Made by a program: the position numbers and the translations under genes. The notes beneath the pieces are model-generated. The model worked only from the letters and a program-made list of their open reading frames with translations, had not been told where the DNA came from and did no database searches. 64,000 nt of DNA from Candidatus Eiseniibacteriota bacterium (GTDB taxonomy: Bacteria > Eisenbacteria > RBG-16-71-46): contig JANLWX010000231.1 in assembly GCA_031364845.1 (NCBI GenBank), positions 51,864 through 115,863 of the forward strand, given 5' to 3'. Below are positions 1-9,364 of the stretch, one piece after another. Numbering within the stretch: the stretch's first letter is position 1; each line of letters opens with the position of its first letter.

Positions 1-3000
1 GCGTGAAGTTGAAGCCGCGGATCGAAAGCGGATAGCCCACCGGGGCCGATTGCGGAAGGAAGTTGCGCAGTTCGGGCGCCGCGATGAACATGCTGTCGCT
101 GGTGTCCGAACCCTGGATCGTCGCGAGGTGAATCGGTCCGGTGCGCGCACCGGCCGGCACGACCGCCTCAACCTTGGTGTCCGAGGTCACCGTGAACGAC
201 GAGGCCGCAAGCGTGTGAAACCTCACCGACGAAGCGCCGGTGAATCCGCTGCCCGAGATCGTGACGACCTGAGCAGGACCGCCGCCCGGCGGTGTGAACG
301 CCGAAATCTGCGGAACCGGTCCCGGTGCTGCCTGCCACAAGGCGACCACTCGAGCGGCCGGTGTGGTGAGGATCGGATCGTATCCGAGTTCGGCACTCTG
401 GAAGAGCTGGATCTGATTGAGTGTGAGGCCTACGGGGAGGCTGCAGCCCGCGCATGCGGCGGCGCCGGTCGTGTTCGCGCGCTGGATCTGCGCTTTGAAC
501 GCGTAGTACTCCGTCGAAGGACTGGCCGCTCCCGCCGAGGCCGGCAACGAACACGAGATCTGGAGTCGCGCGCTGTTCGCGCCATAGAACCCGACGCCGT
601 ACGAGGAACTCCCGGTCGCGAGCCCCTGCAGGATGTCGGTGCACGACGTGGGTCCGCTGCGGAAGTCGAAGTTCGTCGTGAGCCCTGTGGTTCCGCGGCA
701 CTGGCCGGGGCCGTGTTTCCACCAGTCGGGCAGATCACCGGTCGAAGCGATTCGGATCTCGGCCGCGAGGCCCGTGAGTTCGAGGACATCGGGCGGAGGA
801 ATGAACGATCCGACCAGCGTGAACGCGCTGCCCGTATTGAGGTCGCAGGCGAACGCCTGGGTCGCGGTCCCCGCGAGTCCGCAGTCGTTCCACGACAGAT
901 TGATGGTTCCCGATACGATCGGACCGACATGGAACGGGTCGTCGGAAGTGTCGGTGCCACCGGGGTTGGTGATGGCGATCGGACCGTCGGTTGCGCCAAC
1001 GGGGACGATGGCATAGATCGTCGTGTCCGAATGCGTCGTGTACGACGAAGCGAGTCCGTTGAACCGGACCGACGTCGAGCGCGTGAAGTTGGTGCCGCGG
1101 ATCACGACCGTGTGCCCCACCGGGGCGGTGTGCGGCAGGAAGAAACGGATGTCGGGCTTCACCACGAACAGACTCTCGGATGCCGCGGTTCCGCGGGATG
1201 TGGTCACCGCGATCGAGCCGGTGCGGGCGGCGGCGGGGACGGTCGTCGAGATCCGTGTGTCGGAGTCGACGGTGAAGGAAGCGGACACGTCGCGGAACCG
1301 AACCGCGGTGGCTCCTGTGAAGTACTGGCCCTGGATCGTCACCGGGATGCCGGGGGCCCCGGCGAGCGGCGTGAACGAATCGACCCGCGGCAACGGCCCG
1401 GGCTCCGCCTGCCAGAACGCGCTGTTGCGATGGAAAGGAATCGAGATCACCGGGTTGTAACCCATCGCGGCCGGCTGAGTGAGCTGGATCGTGTGGAGCG
1501 TGACGCGCACCGGCGTCTCGCAGCCATCACACTTCCCGGAGGAGTAGCTCTTGTTGCGCGTGATGTTGACCTTGAACGCGTAGTACGCCGTGTTCTGATC
1601 GACCGGAGTGTTCAGGGTCGACGAACTCGAAATTCTGATGCGGGCCGTGTTCGCGCCATAGAAGCCCACATCGTAGCTGAAGCCCCCGCCGTTGATCTGG
1701 TCGAGCCACAGGTTGTCGCAGGAATAGGGTCCGCCGAACGAGCTGAAGTTGACGTTGAGCCCGGCCGAGCTGCGACACTGACCGGATCCATGCTTCCACC
1801 AGTCGGGCAAGGTGGTGGCATACACGCCGAGATCGGAGATCGCCCCGTTGAGCTGGCTCACGCCGGGCGGAGGCACGAACGACCCGATCAGCGTGAACGG
1901 CGTTCCCGTGTTTCGATCGCACGCGAACGTCTTGATCGCCGTTCCCGCGAGTCCGCAATCGTCCCACGACAGATCCAGCGCGCCCGCCGCGGGGCCCACG
2001 CGGAACACGGAGTCGGATGGAGTCGTGCCGCCGGGATTCGTGATCGAGATCGGCCCGGTGGTGGCCGCGCCCGGCACGACCGCGAGGAGCAGCGAATCGC
2101 TGTCGATGGAGAAGCTCGCCGTCGTCCCGTTGAAACGCACGGCCGAGACGTTTGCGAAGTTGCGGCCGGTGACGAGGATCGAGGCACCCGCGGACGCCTG
2201 CTTCGGCAGGAAGTGGCGGATCGCAGGGGCCACCGTGAACGAGAGGCTGGTGCCGCTTCCGAACGCCGTATCGAGCGTGATGGGCCCGGTCTCTCCCCCG
2301 ACGGGAACGGTCGTCGTGACCTGAGCGTTGGAGACGATGTTGAACGCCGCGGCCACGGTCCCGAAGCGTACGGACGTGGTGCCGAGCAGGTTCGAGCCGT
2401 TGATCGTCACGACCACGCCCGGCGCTCCGGCTGCAGGCGAGATCGAACCGATCACCGGCGGTCCCGGTGTGACCGCCTGCCAGTACACGGTGTTGCGCGT
2501 GAGCGGTGTCGTGATGATCGGATCGTTCGCACTCGATAGCGGTTGGAACAGTTGAATGCTCTGAAGCTTGAGGCTCACCGGCGCGCTGCACCCGGCACAA
2601 CTGCCGGCACCGGTCGTGTTCGAACTCAGCACGCGCAGCTTGAACGCGTAGTATTCCTGCGCCGCGGAAACGGGCGCGGCTTCATTGGAAGGAATCGCGC
2701 ACTGGACCAGGACCTTGGCGGTATTGGGGCCGTACGCCGAGATCGTGTAGAGAAGCCCCCCCACTTCGCTGCCCGGCCAGAAGTCCGTGCATGCAACCGG
2801 CGAGAACGCGAAGTCGGGTGTGAGCGCGCTCACGCCGCGGCACTGTCCGCTCCCGTGCTTCCACCAGTCCGGAAGGCTGGTCGAGGCCACCCGCACCTCG
2901 GCCGACATGCCGAGCAGGTTGTTGATGCCCGCGGGCGGAACGAAAGACGCCACGGCGTTGAACGCCGGCCCGGCGTTCGTGTTGCAGGCGAACGTCTTCA

Positions 3001-3166
3001 ACTGCGAGCCTGCAGCGCCGCAATCGTCCCACGAGAAGTTGATTCCGGCGGCATCGGCGGAGGGAACTCGAGAACTCATGAGCAACGCGGCGCAGCAGAT
3101 GAACGCGAATGTCCGGCGTAGCAACTCGGCGAACGCGACGGGACGAGACGAGCGAGGGCGGATCAT
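1..3166 (-). CDS. Large secreted modular protein, partial (runs off the left edge): three Cys-rich modules alternating with IPT/TIG Ig-like domains
   Basis: Translated by hand; missing from the ORF track, presumably because no stop lies inside the window. ATG at 3166 with GGAG 8 nt upstream. Signal-peptide-like start MIRPRSS...FAFICCAALLMSSRVPSADAA, then GINFSWDDCG. The Trp codons of the three SWxDCG motifs are in the same frame (checked). IPT-like segments such as PVIGSISPAAGAPGVVVTINGSNL and PRVDSFTP lie between modules. Confidence 0.88.
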   Translation of the reverse strand, partial: MIRPRSSRPVAFAELLRRTFAFICCAALLMSSRVPSADAAGINFSWDDCGAAGSQLKTFACNTNAGPAFNAVASFVPPAGINNLLGMSAEVRVASTSLPDWWKHGSGQCRGVSALTPDFAFSPVACTDFWPGSEVGGLLYTISAYGPNTAKVLVQCAIPSNEAAPVSAAQEYYAFKLRVLSSNTTGAGSCAGCSAPVSLKLQSIQLFQPLSSANDPIITTPLTRNTVYWQAVTPGPPVIGSISPAAGAPGVVVTINGSNLLGTTSVRFGTVAAAFNIVSNAQVTTTVPVGGETGPITLDTAFGSGTSLSFTVAPAIRHFLPKQASAGASILVTGRNFANVSAVRFNGTTASFSIDSDSLLLAVVPGAATTGPISITNPGGTTPSDSVFRVGPAAGALDLSWDDCGLAGTAIKTFACDRNTGTPFTLIGSFVPPPGVSQLNGAISDLGVYATTLPDWWKHGSGQCRSSAGLNVNFSSFGGPYSCDNLWLDQINGGGFSYDVGFYGANTARIRISSSSTLNTPVDQNTAYYAFKVNITRNKSYSSGKCDGCETPVRVTLHTIQLTQPAAMGYNPVISIPFHRNSAFWQAEPGPLPRVDSFTPLAGAPGIPVTIQGQYFTGATAVRFRDVSASFTVDSDTRISTTVPAAARTGSIAVTTSRGTAASESLFVVKPDIRFFLPHTAPVGHTVVIRGTNFTRSTSVRFNGLASSYTTHSDTTIYAIVPVGATDGPIAITNPGGTDTSDDPFHVGPIVSGTINLSWNDCGLAGTATQAFACDLNTGSAFTLVGSFIPPPDVLELTGLAAEIRIASTGDLPDWWKHGPGQCRGTTGLTTNFDFRSGPTSCTDILQGLATGSSSYGVGFYGANSARLQISCSLPASAGAASPSTEYYAFKAQIQRANTTGAAACAGCSLPVGLTLNQIQLFQSAELGYDPILTTPAARVVALWQAAPGPVPQISAFTPPGGGPAQVVTISGSGFTGASSVRFHTLAASSFTVTSDTKVEAVVPAGARTGPIHLATIQGSDTSDSMFIAAPELRNFLPQSAPVGYPLSIRGFNFT

Positions 3167-3345
3167 GGGATCGACTCCACGATGAGTTCATGCTGCGGGG
3201 CATGGTTCAGCGTCGACGGATGGAGTTTTCTGAGGGAATGATAGGCCAGTGCCCGCGTGGAGATACAGAACAATCTCTGAACAATCTTGCGGGTGCTCCC
3301 TATATAAAGAGAGACGCCGTCTTTCCTTCCTCGAACGCGACAACG

Positions 3346-3381
3346 AAAAAGGCCCCCGCGGCGAGCGTCGCCGGGAGGCCT
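3346..3381 (-). terminator. Probable intrinsic terminator downstream of thrS
   Basis: Imperfect GC-rich hairpin (ggcccccgcggcga...tcgccgggaggcc) followed by TTTTT on the minus strand, about 40 nt past the thrS stop. Confidence 0.65.
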
Positions 3382-3422
3382 CATCGTGATGTGCGGCAAC
3401 GACCTTGTCGTTCGCCGAGAAC

Positions 3423-5201
3423 CTAATGCGTGCGCGCCCGCGTCTCCTCGGTGACACGCTGCACGAACGCTTCGCGGCTCATCGCCTCGAGCTGCCCCTG
3501 ACCCTTGCGGCGGGGCGCGACCGTGCCGGCTTCCGCTTCGCGCGGGCCGACGACCAGCATGTAGGGAATCTTGGCAAGTTCGGCATCGCGAATCTTCGCA
3601 CCCATCTTCTCGTCACGCAGGTCGATCTCGGCGCGAATGCCCGCGTCCTTCAGCATCTGCGTGGTGCCGTTCGCGTAATCGAGCGCGCGTTCGTTCGCCG
3701 GGATCACCATGACCTGCACCGGCGCGATCCACACCGGGAATTCGCCGCCGGTGTGCTCGATGTAGATGCCCATGAACCGCTCCAGCGATCCATAGAGCGC
3801 GCGGTGCAGCATGATGCACTCGTGATCCTGGCCGTCGGGTCCGGTGTACATGACACCGAATCGCTTCGGCAGGTTCAGATCGACCTGAATGGTCGGACAC
3901 TGCCACTGGCGGCCGAGCGCGTCCTTGAGCTTGACGTCGATCTTGGGCGCGTAGAACGCGCCGCCGCCCTCGTCGACCTCGTACGGCAGGTTACGGCTCT
4001 CGAGCGCCTCACGCAGCGCGTTCGTCGCGAAGTCCCACTCCTCGTCGGTGCCGAGATACTTGTCGGCCGGACGGGTCGCGAGATAGCACACGTATTCGTA
4101 GCCGAACGTCTTGAGCAGGAAGTCCATCAGATCGAGGATTCCGGCCACTTCGTCGGCGAGTTGTTCGCGCGTGCAGAAGATGTGCGAGTCGTCCTGGGTG
4201 AAGCCGCGCACGCGTTCCATGCCGTGCAGCACGCCGCTGCGTTCGTAGCGATAGACGGTCCCGAGTTCCGCCATGCGGATCGGCAGCTCGCGATAGCTGT
4301 GCTTGCGCGTGTTGTAGATCATGATGTGCCCGGGACAGTTCATCGGCTTCATGCGGTAGGGCTGGCCGTCGATGTCCATCGCGGCGTACATCATTTCGGC
4401 GTAGTTCTGAAGATGGCCCGAGATCGCGTACAGCTTCTCGCTCGCGACATGCGGCGTGTACACGAACTGATAGCCGCGCTTCAGGTGCTCTTCCTTCCAG
4501 AACTGCTCCATCAGATGGCGCACCATGCTGCCGTTCTGATGCCAGTGGATCAGCCCCGAGCCCACCTCCTCGTGCACCGAGAACAGATCGAGCTCCCGGC
4601 CGAGCCGGCGATGGTCGCGCTTGAGCGACTCCTCGATTCGCTTCAAGTACTCGTCCAGCTCCTGCTGGTTCGCGAACGCGGTGCCGTAGATGCGCTGGAG
4701 CATCTCGTGGCGTTCGTTGCCGAGCCAGTAGGCGCCCGCGACGTGGGTGAGCTTGAACGCCTTGAGATCGCCGGTCGCCGCGACGTGCGGACCGCGGCAC
4801 AAGTCGAGGAACGGTCCGTTCACGTAATAGGTGATCTTGGAACTCTCGGGAATCTGCGACAGGAAGTGGAGCTTGTACTTCTCGCCCGCCTTCTCGAAGC
4901 GCGCCTTCGCTTCGTCGCGATCGGTCTCGCGGAATTCGAACGGCTGATTGGCGGCGACGATCTCGCGCATCTTCGCTTCGATCCGCTCCAGATCTTCGTT
5001 CGAGAACGGCGTGTCCTTCGCGAAATCATAGTAGAAGCCGTTCTCGATCGGCGGCCCGCCGGCGACCTTCACGTCGGGGAACAGCTCGATGACGGCGGTG
5101 GCGAGCACGTGCGCCGCCGAGTGGCGCAGACGGTAGAGCGCTTCGCCTCCCGGATACTGCGCGATGTCGGGACGATCTTCGGACGCAGTCGCCATGGACA
5201 T
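3423..5201 (-). CDS. thrS: Threonine--tRNA ligase (short form lacking the N-terminal TGS domain)
   Basis: Motifs LRHSAAH, DLCRGPH, LQRIYGTAF, RDHRRLG, KPMNCPGH, RYERSG, GAFYAPKID, CPTIQVD and LHRALYGSLERF; AAGGAG RBS. Confidence 0.98.
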   Translation of the reverse strand: MSMATASEDRPDIAQYPGGEALYRLRHSAAHVLATAVIELFPDVKVAGGPPIENGFYYDFAKDTPFSNEDLERIEAKMREIVAANQPFEFRETDRDEAKARFEKAGEKYKLHFLSQIPESSKITYYVNGPFLDLCRGPHVAATGDLKAFKLTHVAGAYWLGNERHEMLQRIYGTAFANQQELDEYLKRIEESLKRDHRRLGRELDLFSVHEEVGSGLIHWHQNGSMVRHLMEQFWKEEHLKRGYQFVYTPHVASEKLYAISGHLQNYAEMMYAAMDIDGQPYRMKPMNCPGHIMIYNTRKHSYRELPIRMAELGTVYRYERSGVLHGMERVRGFTQDDSHIFCTREQLADEVAGILDLMDFLLKTFGYEYVCYLATRPADKYLGTDEEWDFATNALREALESRNLPYEVDEGGGAFYAPKIDVKLKDALGRQWQCPTIQVDLNLPKRFGVMYTGPDGQDHECIMLHRALYGSLERFMGIYIEHTGGEFPVWIAPVQVMVIPANERALDYANGTTQMLKDAGIRAEIDLRDEKMGAKIRDAELAKIPYMLVVGPREAEAGTVAPRRKGQGQLEAMSREAFVQRVTEETRARTH

Positions 5202-5328
5202 GGCGTCACTCCTTGGGCGGATGGCGAGGCTGTTCAGGCGGCGGATATCGCGGGTGTTCGGGGCGGCAATGCCGGAAGCGAACCCGGGATGTTCCCGCGG
5301 GTGCTCGCGTTCTCGTTCCGCCTTAAAG

Positions 5329-5404
5329 TGGTGGGCGATACTGGACTTGAACCAGTGACCCCTTGCTTGTCGAGCAAGTGCTCTACCAACTGAGCTAATC
5401 GCCC
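5329..5404 (-). tRNA. tRNA-Val(GAC)
   Basis: 76 nt GGGCGATTAGCTCAGTTGGTAGAGCACTTGCTCGACAAGCAAGGGGTCACTGGTTCAAGTCCAGTATCGCCCACCA folds as a cloverleaf, with anticodon GAC, T-loop TTCAAGT and encoded CCA. Confidence 0.97.
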
Positions 5405-5416
5405 GCGAGGCCGCGG

Positions 5417-5445
5417 ATTAAGCCGCAAGCGCGACACGCTGTCAA
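5417..5445 (-). promoter_or_regulatory. Possible sigma70 promoter for tRNA-Val/thrS
   Basis: Perfect TTGACA, 17 nt spacer, weak -10 (CTTAAT), then a GC-rich stretch ahead of the tRNA. Confidence 0.45.
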
Positions 5446-5766
5446 CTCTGACTTGAAAAATCCTTGACGTTGGTGCGGTACGGGTTCATGTTCGTTCGCG
5501 TCGAGGCCGCTTCAAATTCTGCGCTCATCCCCCGAGTGCACCACCGCCCCCCGGTGGCCATCTTCGCGCTCGACGCGAAGCGCATCGATGCTGGTTCTGA
5601 CAGATCTCGAGAGGTCGCCGTCGAGATGCGCCGCTTCTGTCTCCACATCACGCTGCTGAATTCGAGCGGTTGCTCTAAACGACCCGATTTCGAGCCCTGA
5701 CGACAGAACCGCACGCATGATTCGAGGCGCGGTCGCTTCCGGCTGCGCCTGAACCGGAGGTGCATC

Positions 5767-6597
5767 TTGAGTCGAGTCGTTCGCAGTTCAGTAGTGGCGG
5801 TTCTGGCAGCTTGCGGCGCGTTATCGATCCTCGCATCCACTGTGATGGCCGATGCCTTCGCGCGCTCGAACCGATCGAATCGCAAGGTTCACGTGTCGGC
5901 GATCGCTCACGATGGAGGGATTCCCTGCTCCCAGGACGCGAGCCAGCAAGGGGGAACGCTGACGCGTGTGTGCTTCAGTGCCGGCGGGCTCGGCGGCTCC
6001 AACGTCGGCTACGCAAGCGCGAGCGCCGGGCCGGGCTTCGCGCATTCGGTGAACTACACCAAGGGCACGGCGAGAGCCGGACTCGGCGTTGCTGCGGCGG
6101 GCGACACCGCGGTCAGCGATTCGTTCCTCGTGACCTACTCGAACACGGCCGTCAACCAGACGACGATCGTCATCAACGGACGCCTGTTGGTCGATGGCAC
6201 CAACATGCTGAACTCGACCAAGGGGTTACTGCGGGTGCTCGTCTATCGCGATTCGGCTGCCGCCGATTCCGACCCCGCCCACGTCGGTGCGGGTGCGGGA
6301 ACTCTGTTCAGCGGAAAACTGGAGGTCACGAAGGCGTCGCATGTGGCTTCCGGCGGATTCAGCAGCGGAAACTTTGCGGCGATCGCCGGAGCGAACCGCT
6401 ATCAGGTGTCGGCCAGCAATCTCTCGAAGGTCGTTTCCGGTGTGGTCGACACCTCGAAGGTCGTCGTCATGGTCTTCAACGATTCGGTGTCGGACGTTCC
6501 CATGAGCTCGCCGCTCGTCGTGTTGCTCGGCGCGGGGCTGCTGGGCGGTAGTGCGCTATGGGCGATGCGCCGGCGCAAGTCGGCCGGTCTCGCCTGA
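5767..6597 (+). CDS. Secreted Ser/Thr/Gly/Ala-rich protein with an IPTL/PEP-CTERM-like sorting signal
   Basis: GGAGG RBS before TTG; signal peptide; C-terminus DVPMSSP + hydrophobic helix [18 protein letters not shown] + RRRK. Confidence 0.8.
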   Translation: MSRVVRSSVVAVLAACGALSILASTVMADAFARSNRSNRKVHVSAIAHDGGIPCSQDASQQGGTLTRVCFSAGGLGGSNVGYASASAGPGFAHSVNYTKGTARAGLGVAAAGDTAVSDSFLVTYSNTAVNQTTIVINGRLLVDGTNMLNSTKGLLRVLVYRDSAAADSDPAHVGAGAGTLFSGKLEVTKASHVASGGFSSGNFAAIAGANRYQVSASNLSKVVSGVVDTSKVVVMVFNDSVSDVPMSSPLVVLLGAGLLGGSALWAMRRRKSAGLA

Positions 6598-6645
6598 GTC
6601 GAATCCGGACGCGGGCGGTCGAGTGCCGCCCGCGTCTCTTCGAGC

Positions 6646-7659
6646 TCACACCCTGCGGCCGAGCACCGTGGCGATCGTGCGGATCTGTCCGACCAGTTCC
6701 TCGAACTGCTCCGGGTACAGCGACTGGGCACCGTCCGACAGCGCGCGATCGGGATCGTGGTGCACCTCGATCATGAGACCGTCGGCGCCCGCGGCGATCG
6801 ATGCGCGCGCCATCGGCGCCACCTTGTTGCGGATGCCGGTGCCGTGCGAGGGATCGACGATCACCGGCAGATGCGACAGCTCCTTCACCACCGGGATCGC
6901 ATTCAGGTCGAGCGTGTTGCGCGTGTAGGTTTCGAACGTGCGGATGCCGCGTTCGCACAGGATCACCTGCGCGTTGCCCTGCGAGACGATGTGCTCGGCG
7001 CTCATCAACCACTCTTCGATCGTCGAGGCGAGCCCGCGCTTGAGCAGCACCGGCTTGTCGGTGTGGCCGACCTCGCGCAGCAGCGAATAGTTCTGCATGT
7101 TGCGCGCGCCGATCTGGAGGATGTCGGCGTAGCGCGCGAGCAGATCGACCTGCTGCGTGTCCATCACTTCGCTCACGACCGCGAGCCCGTGCGCATCCGC
7201 AGCACGGCGCAGCAGCTTGAGCCCCTCCTCGCCGAGTCCCTGGAACGAGTACGGCGAGGTGCGCGGCTTGTAGGCCCCGCCGCGCAGGATGGTGGCACCC
7301 GCCTTGGCGACGGCGGCGGCGATCGTGAACGCCTGCTCCTCCCCTTCGACCGAGCATGGTCCGGCCATCAGCACGAGCTGGTCGCTGCCGATCGCGCACC
7401 GGCCGACGGTGATGACCGTGTCGTGCGGCCGGAACACGCGCGAGACGAGCTTGAACGGCGCGCCGATCTTGCGGGTCTCGGCGACGCCGGCCCATGACCG
7501 CACCGCGTCCCAGTCGGCGGCTCCCGCCTCGCCGATCGCGGCGAAGCGCGCCTGTCCGTCGTGATCGGTGCGGTGCACCGACAGACCGAACATGCGCAAC
7601 CGTGACGCGACATCGTTCGCGACGGCTTCGGGGGTGTTGCGCTGCAGCAGGACCAGCAT
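6646..7659 (-). CDS. aroF: 3-deoxy-7-phosphoheptulonate (DAHP) synthase, type I-beta with N-terminal ACT-like regulatory domain
   Basis: [53 protein letters not shown] and ALSDG motifs. Confidence 0.96.
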   Translation of the reverse strand: MLVLLQRNTPEAVANDVASRLRMFGLSVHRTDHDGQARFAAIGEAGAADWDAVRSWAGVAETRKIGAPFKLVSRVFRPHDTVITVGRCAIGSDQLVLMAGPCSVEGEEQAFTIAAAVAKAGATILRGGAYKPRTSPYSFQGLGEEGLKLLRRAADAHGLAVVSEVMDTQQVDLLARYADILQIGARNMQNYSLLREVGHTDKPVLLKRGLASTIEEWLMSAEHIVSQGNAQVILCERGIRTFETYTRNTLDLNAIPVVKELSHLPVIVDPSHGTGIRNKVAPMARASIAAGADGLMIEVHHDPDRALSDGAQSLYPEQFEELVGQIRTIATVLGRRV

Positions 7660-7768
7660 GCGGTGGACGGACTCCGGGGAAGGCGAAGGTGGCGGGCCCA
7701 GGATCGAGCCATGGCGGCATTGTCTCTCAACTAATTAGATCAGGCCACCCACGTTGCTGATTCGGGGC

Positions 7769-8830
7769 TCATCGGTCGCGCCCCCGCAGCGCCCGCTGGT
7801 GCAGCCATGCGTCCATCAGCACGATCGCCATCATGCTCTCGGCGACCGGGACCACGCGCGGGCAGATGCACGGATCGTGGCGGCCTTCGATCGCGATCGT
7901 GGTCGTGCCCCCGTCCGCGGTCGCGGCCGTTTGAGGTTTGCCGATCGAAGTCGCGGCGCGCACGGCGACCCGCACCACGATTTCCGCGCCGTTGGAAATA
8001 CCGCCGGCGATCCCTCCCGCCCAGTTGGTCGTGAAGCGCTCGCCATCGAACACGTCGTTGGTTTCGGATCCGGCGCGGGTCGCCATATCGAAGCCGCCGC
8101 CGATCTCCACACCCTTGGTCGCGGGGATCGACAGCATCGCCGATCCCAGTTGCGCATCGAGCTTGGCCATCGTCGGATCGCCCCAGCCCGCCGGCACACT
8201 GCGCGCGACGATCTCGACGATGCCGCCGACCGAGTCCTTCGCCTCGCGCGCCGCGACAATGCGCGCGGCCATCGCCTCGGCGGCCACCGGATCCGGACAG
8301 CGCACCGGATTGGACTCTGCGGTGTCCCACTCGCGAAGCGTCGCCCTCACCTCGCCCACCTGCACGGTGCCGCCCGCGATCGACACGCCGATCGTTCCGA
8401 GTGCGAGCTTCGCGAGCGCACCCGCCGCCACGCGCCCCACCGTTTCACGTCCCGACGAACGCCCGCCGCCACGATGATCGCGGATCCCGTACTTCTGGTG
8501 GTAGACGTAGTCCGCGTGGCCCGGCCGGAACACGTCCCGCAACGGCGCATAGTCCTTGGAACGGGCATCGGAGTTGCGGACCAGCATCGCGATCGGGGTT
8601 CCGAGCGAAACTCCTTCGAACACGCCGCTCAGGATCTCGACGACATCGCCTTCCTGCCGCTGCGTGGTGAGCGCACTCTGCCCCGGCCGGCGCCGGTCGA
8701 GCTCACGCTGGATCGCTGCCGGGTCCACCGCGAACCCGGGCGGCATGCCGTCCACCACCACACCCACACCAGGCCCGTGCGACTCGCCGAACGTGGTGAT
8801 CGTGAACAGGTGCCCGAAGCGCGAGGACAT
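7769..8830 (-). CDS. aroC: Chorismate synthase
   Basis: TFGESHG, RRRPGQS, RPGHADY, RGGGRSSGRET, DSVGG, GGISNG and GRHDPC motifs. Confidence 0.96.
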   Translation of the reverse strand: MSSRFGHLFTITTFGESHGPGVGVVVDGMPPGFAVDPAAIQRELDRRRPGQSALTTQRQEGDVVEILSGVFEGVSLGTPIAMLVRNSDARSKDYAPLRDVFRPGHADYVYHQKYGIRDHRGGGRSSGRETVGRVAAGALAKLALGTIGVSIAGGTVQVGEVRATLREWDTAESNPVRCPDPVAAEAMAARIVAAREAKDSVGGIVEIVARSVPAGWGDPTMAKLDAQLGSAMLSIPATKGVEIGGGFDMATRAGSETNDVFDGERFTTNWAGGIAGGISNGAEIVVRVAVRAATSIGKPQTAATADGGTTTIAIEGRHDPCICPRVVPVAESMMAIVLMDAWLHQRALRGRDR

Positions 8831-9283
8831 CTACTTCTTCTTCGCCGTTTTCTTCGCCGCCGCCGAACGCGTCGATTTCACGCGCGTGTACGCCGCGATC
8901 GTCCGCGCGCGAAATGCCTGGTGCGCCTCTACCATCTTTTCGAACTGGTAGAGGTAGGTCGGACGGATGTCGCCGCGCGCTTCCTCGACCCAGCCCTTGC
9001 AGCGCTCCCACGTCACGATGTCTTCGCCGGTGTGATCGAAGAACAGCTCGGCGTGCAGCACGCCGCGGTTCACGAGCGTGGCCACCATCTCCCAGTAGGA
9101 CGTCGTCATGCGGAAGTGGCGGTCTTCATCGGTGTGCGACAGATAGCGCAGCTTGATCTCCATCCAGCCGCTGGGCTTGAAGTCGGTGAGGAACCACTGG
9201 CGCGCGCGCCGCAGTTCCGGATCGCGCCGCATCTCGTACAGGCGGAGCAGCAGCTCCGCGTCCGCGTGACTCGGGTTTCGCAT
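8831..9283 (-). CDS. Conserved hypothetical protein (DUF4760-like)
   Basis: ADAELLLRLYEMRRDPELRRARQWF and SYWEMVATLVNRG resemble the DUF4760-type helical family; Lys-rich tail; stop abuts the aroC ATG. Confidence 0.7.
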   Translation of the reverse strand: MRNPSHADAELLLRLYEMRRDPELRRARQWFLTDFKPSGWMEIKLRYLSHTDEDRHFRMTTSYWEMVATLVNRGVLHAELFFDHTGEDIVTWERCKGWVEEARGDIRPTYLYQFEKMVEAHQAFRARTIAAYTRVKSTRSAAAKKTAKKK

Positions 9284-9364
9284 GAGTGATCCTCGGAGTG
9301 AGGGTTGAGTTCAAACGTCTGACGGGTACTTCCAACGGAACTGACGAACGATGCGGTCGCGTGC

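Noticed and set aside
50..2539. 829-aa plus-strand ORF (and similar long ORFs such as 3405..5393, 17521..20433, 28621..30279 and 42976..44358)
   Set aside because: Arg-rich antisense shadows of clearly recognisable genes on the other strand; long stop-free shadows are expected at this GC content.
5329..5352. tRNA-Val 3' end as the att site for the integrase at 60.5 kb
   Set aside because: No duplicate of the tRNA 3' end was noticed near the integrase, and the tRNA is directly followed by housekeeping thrS.
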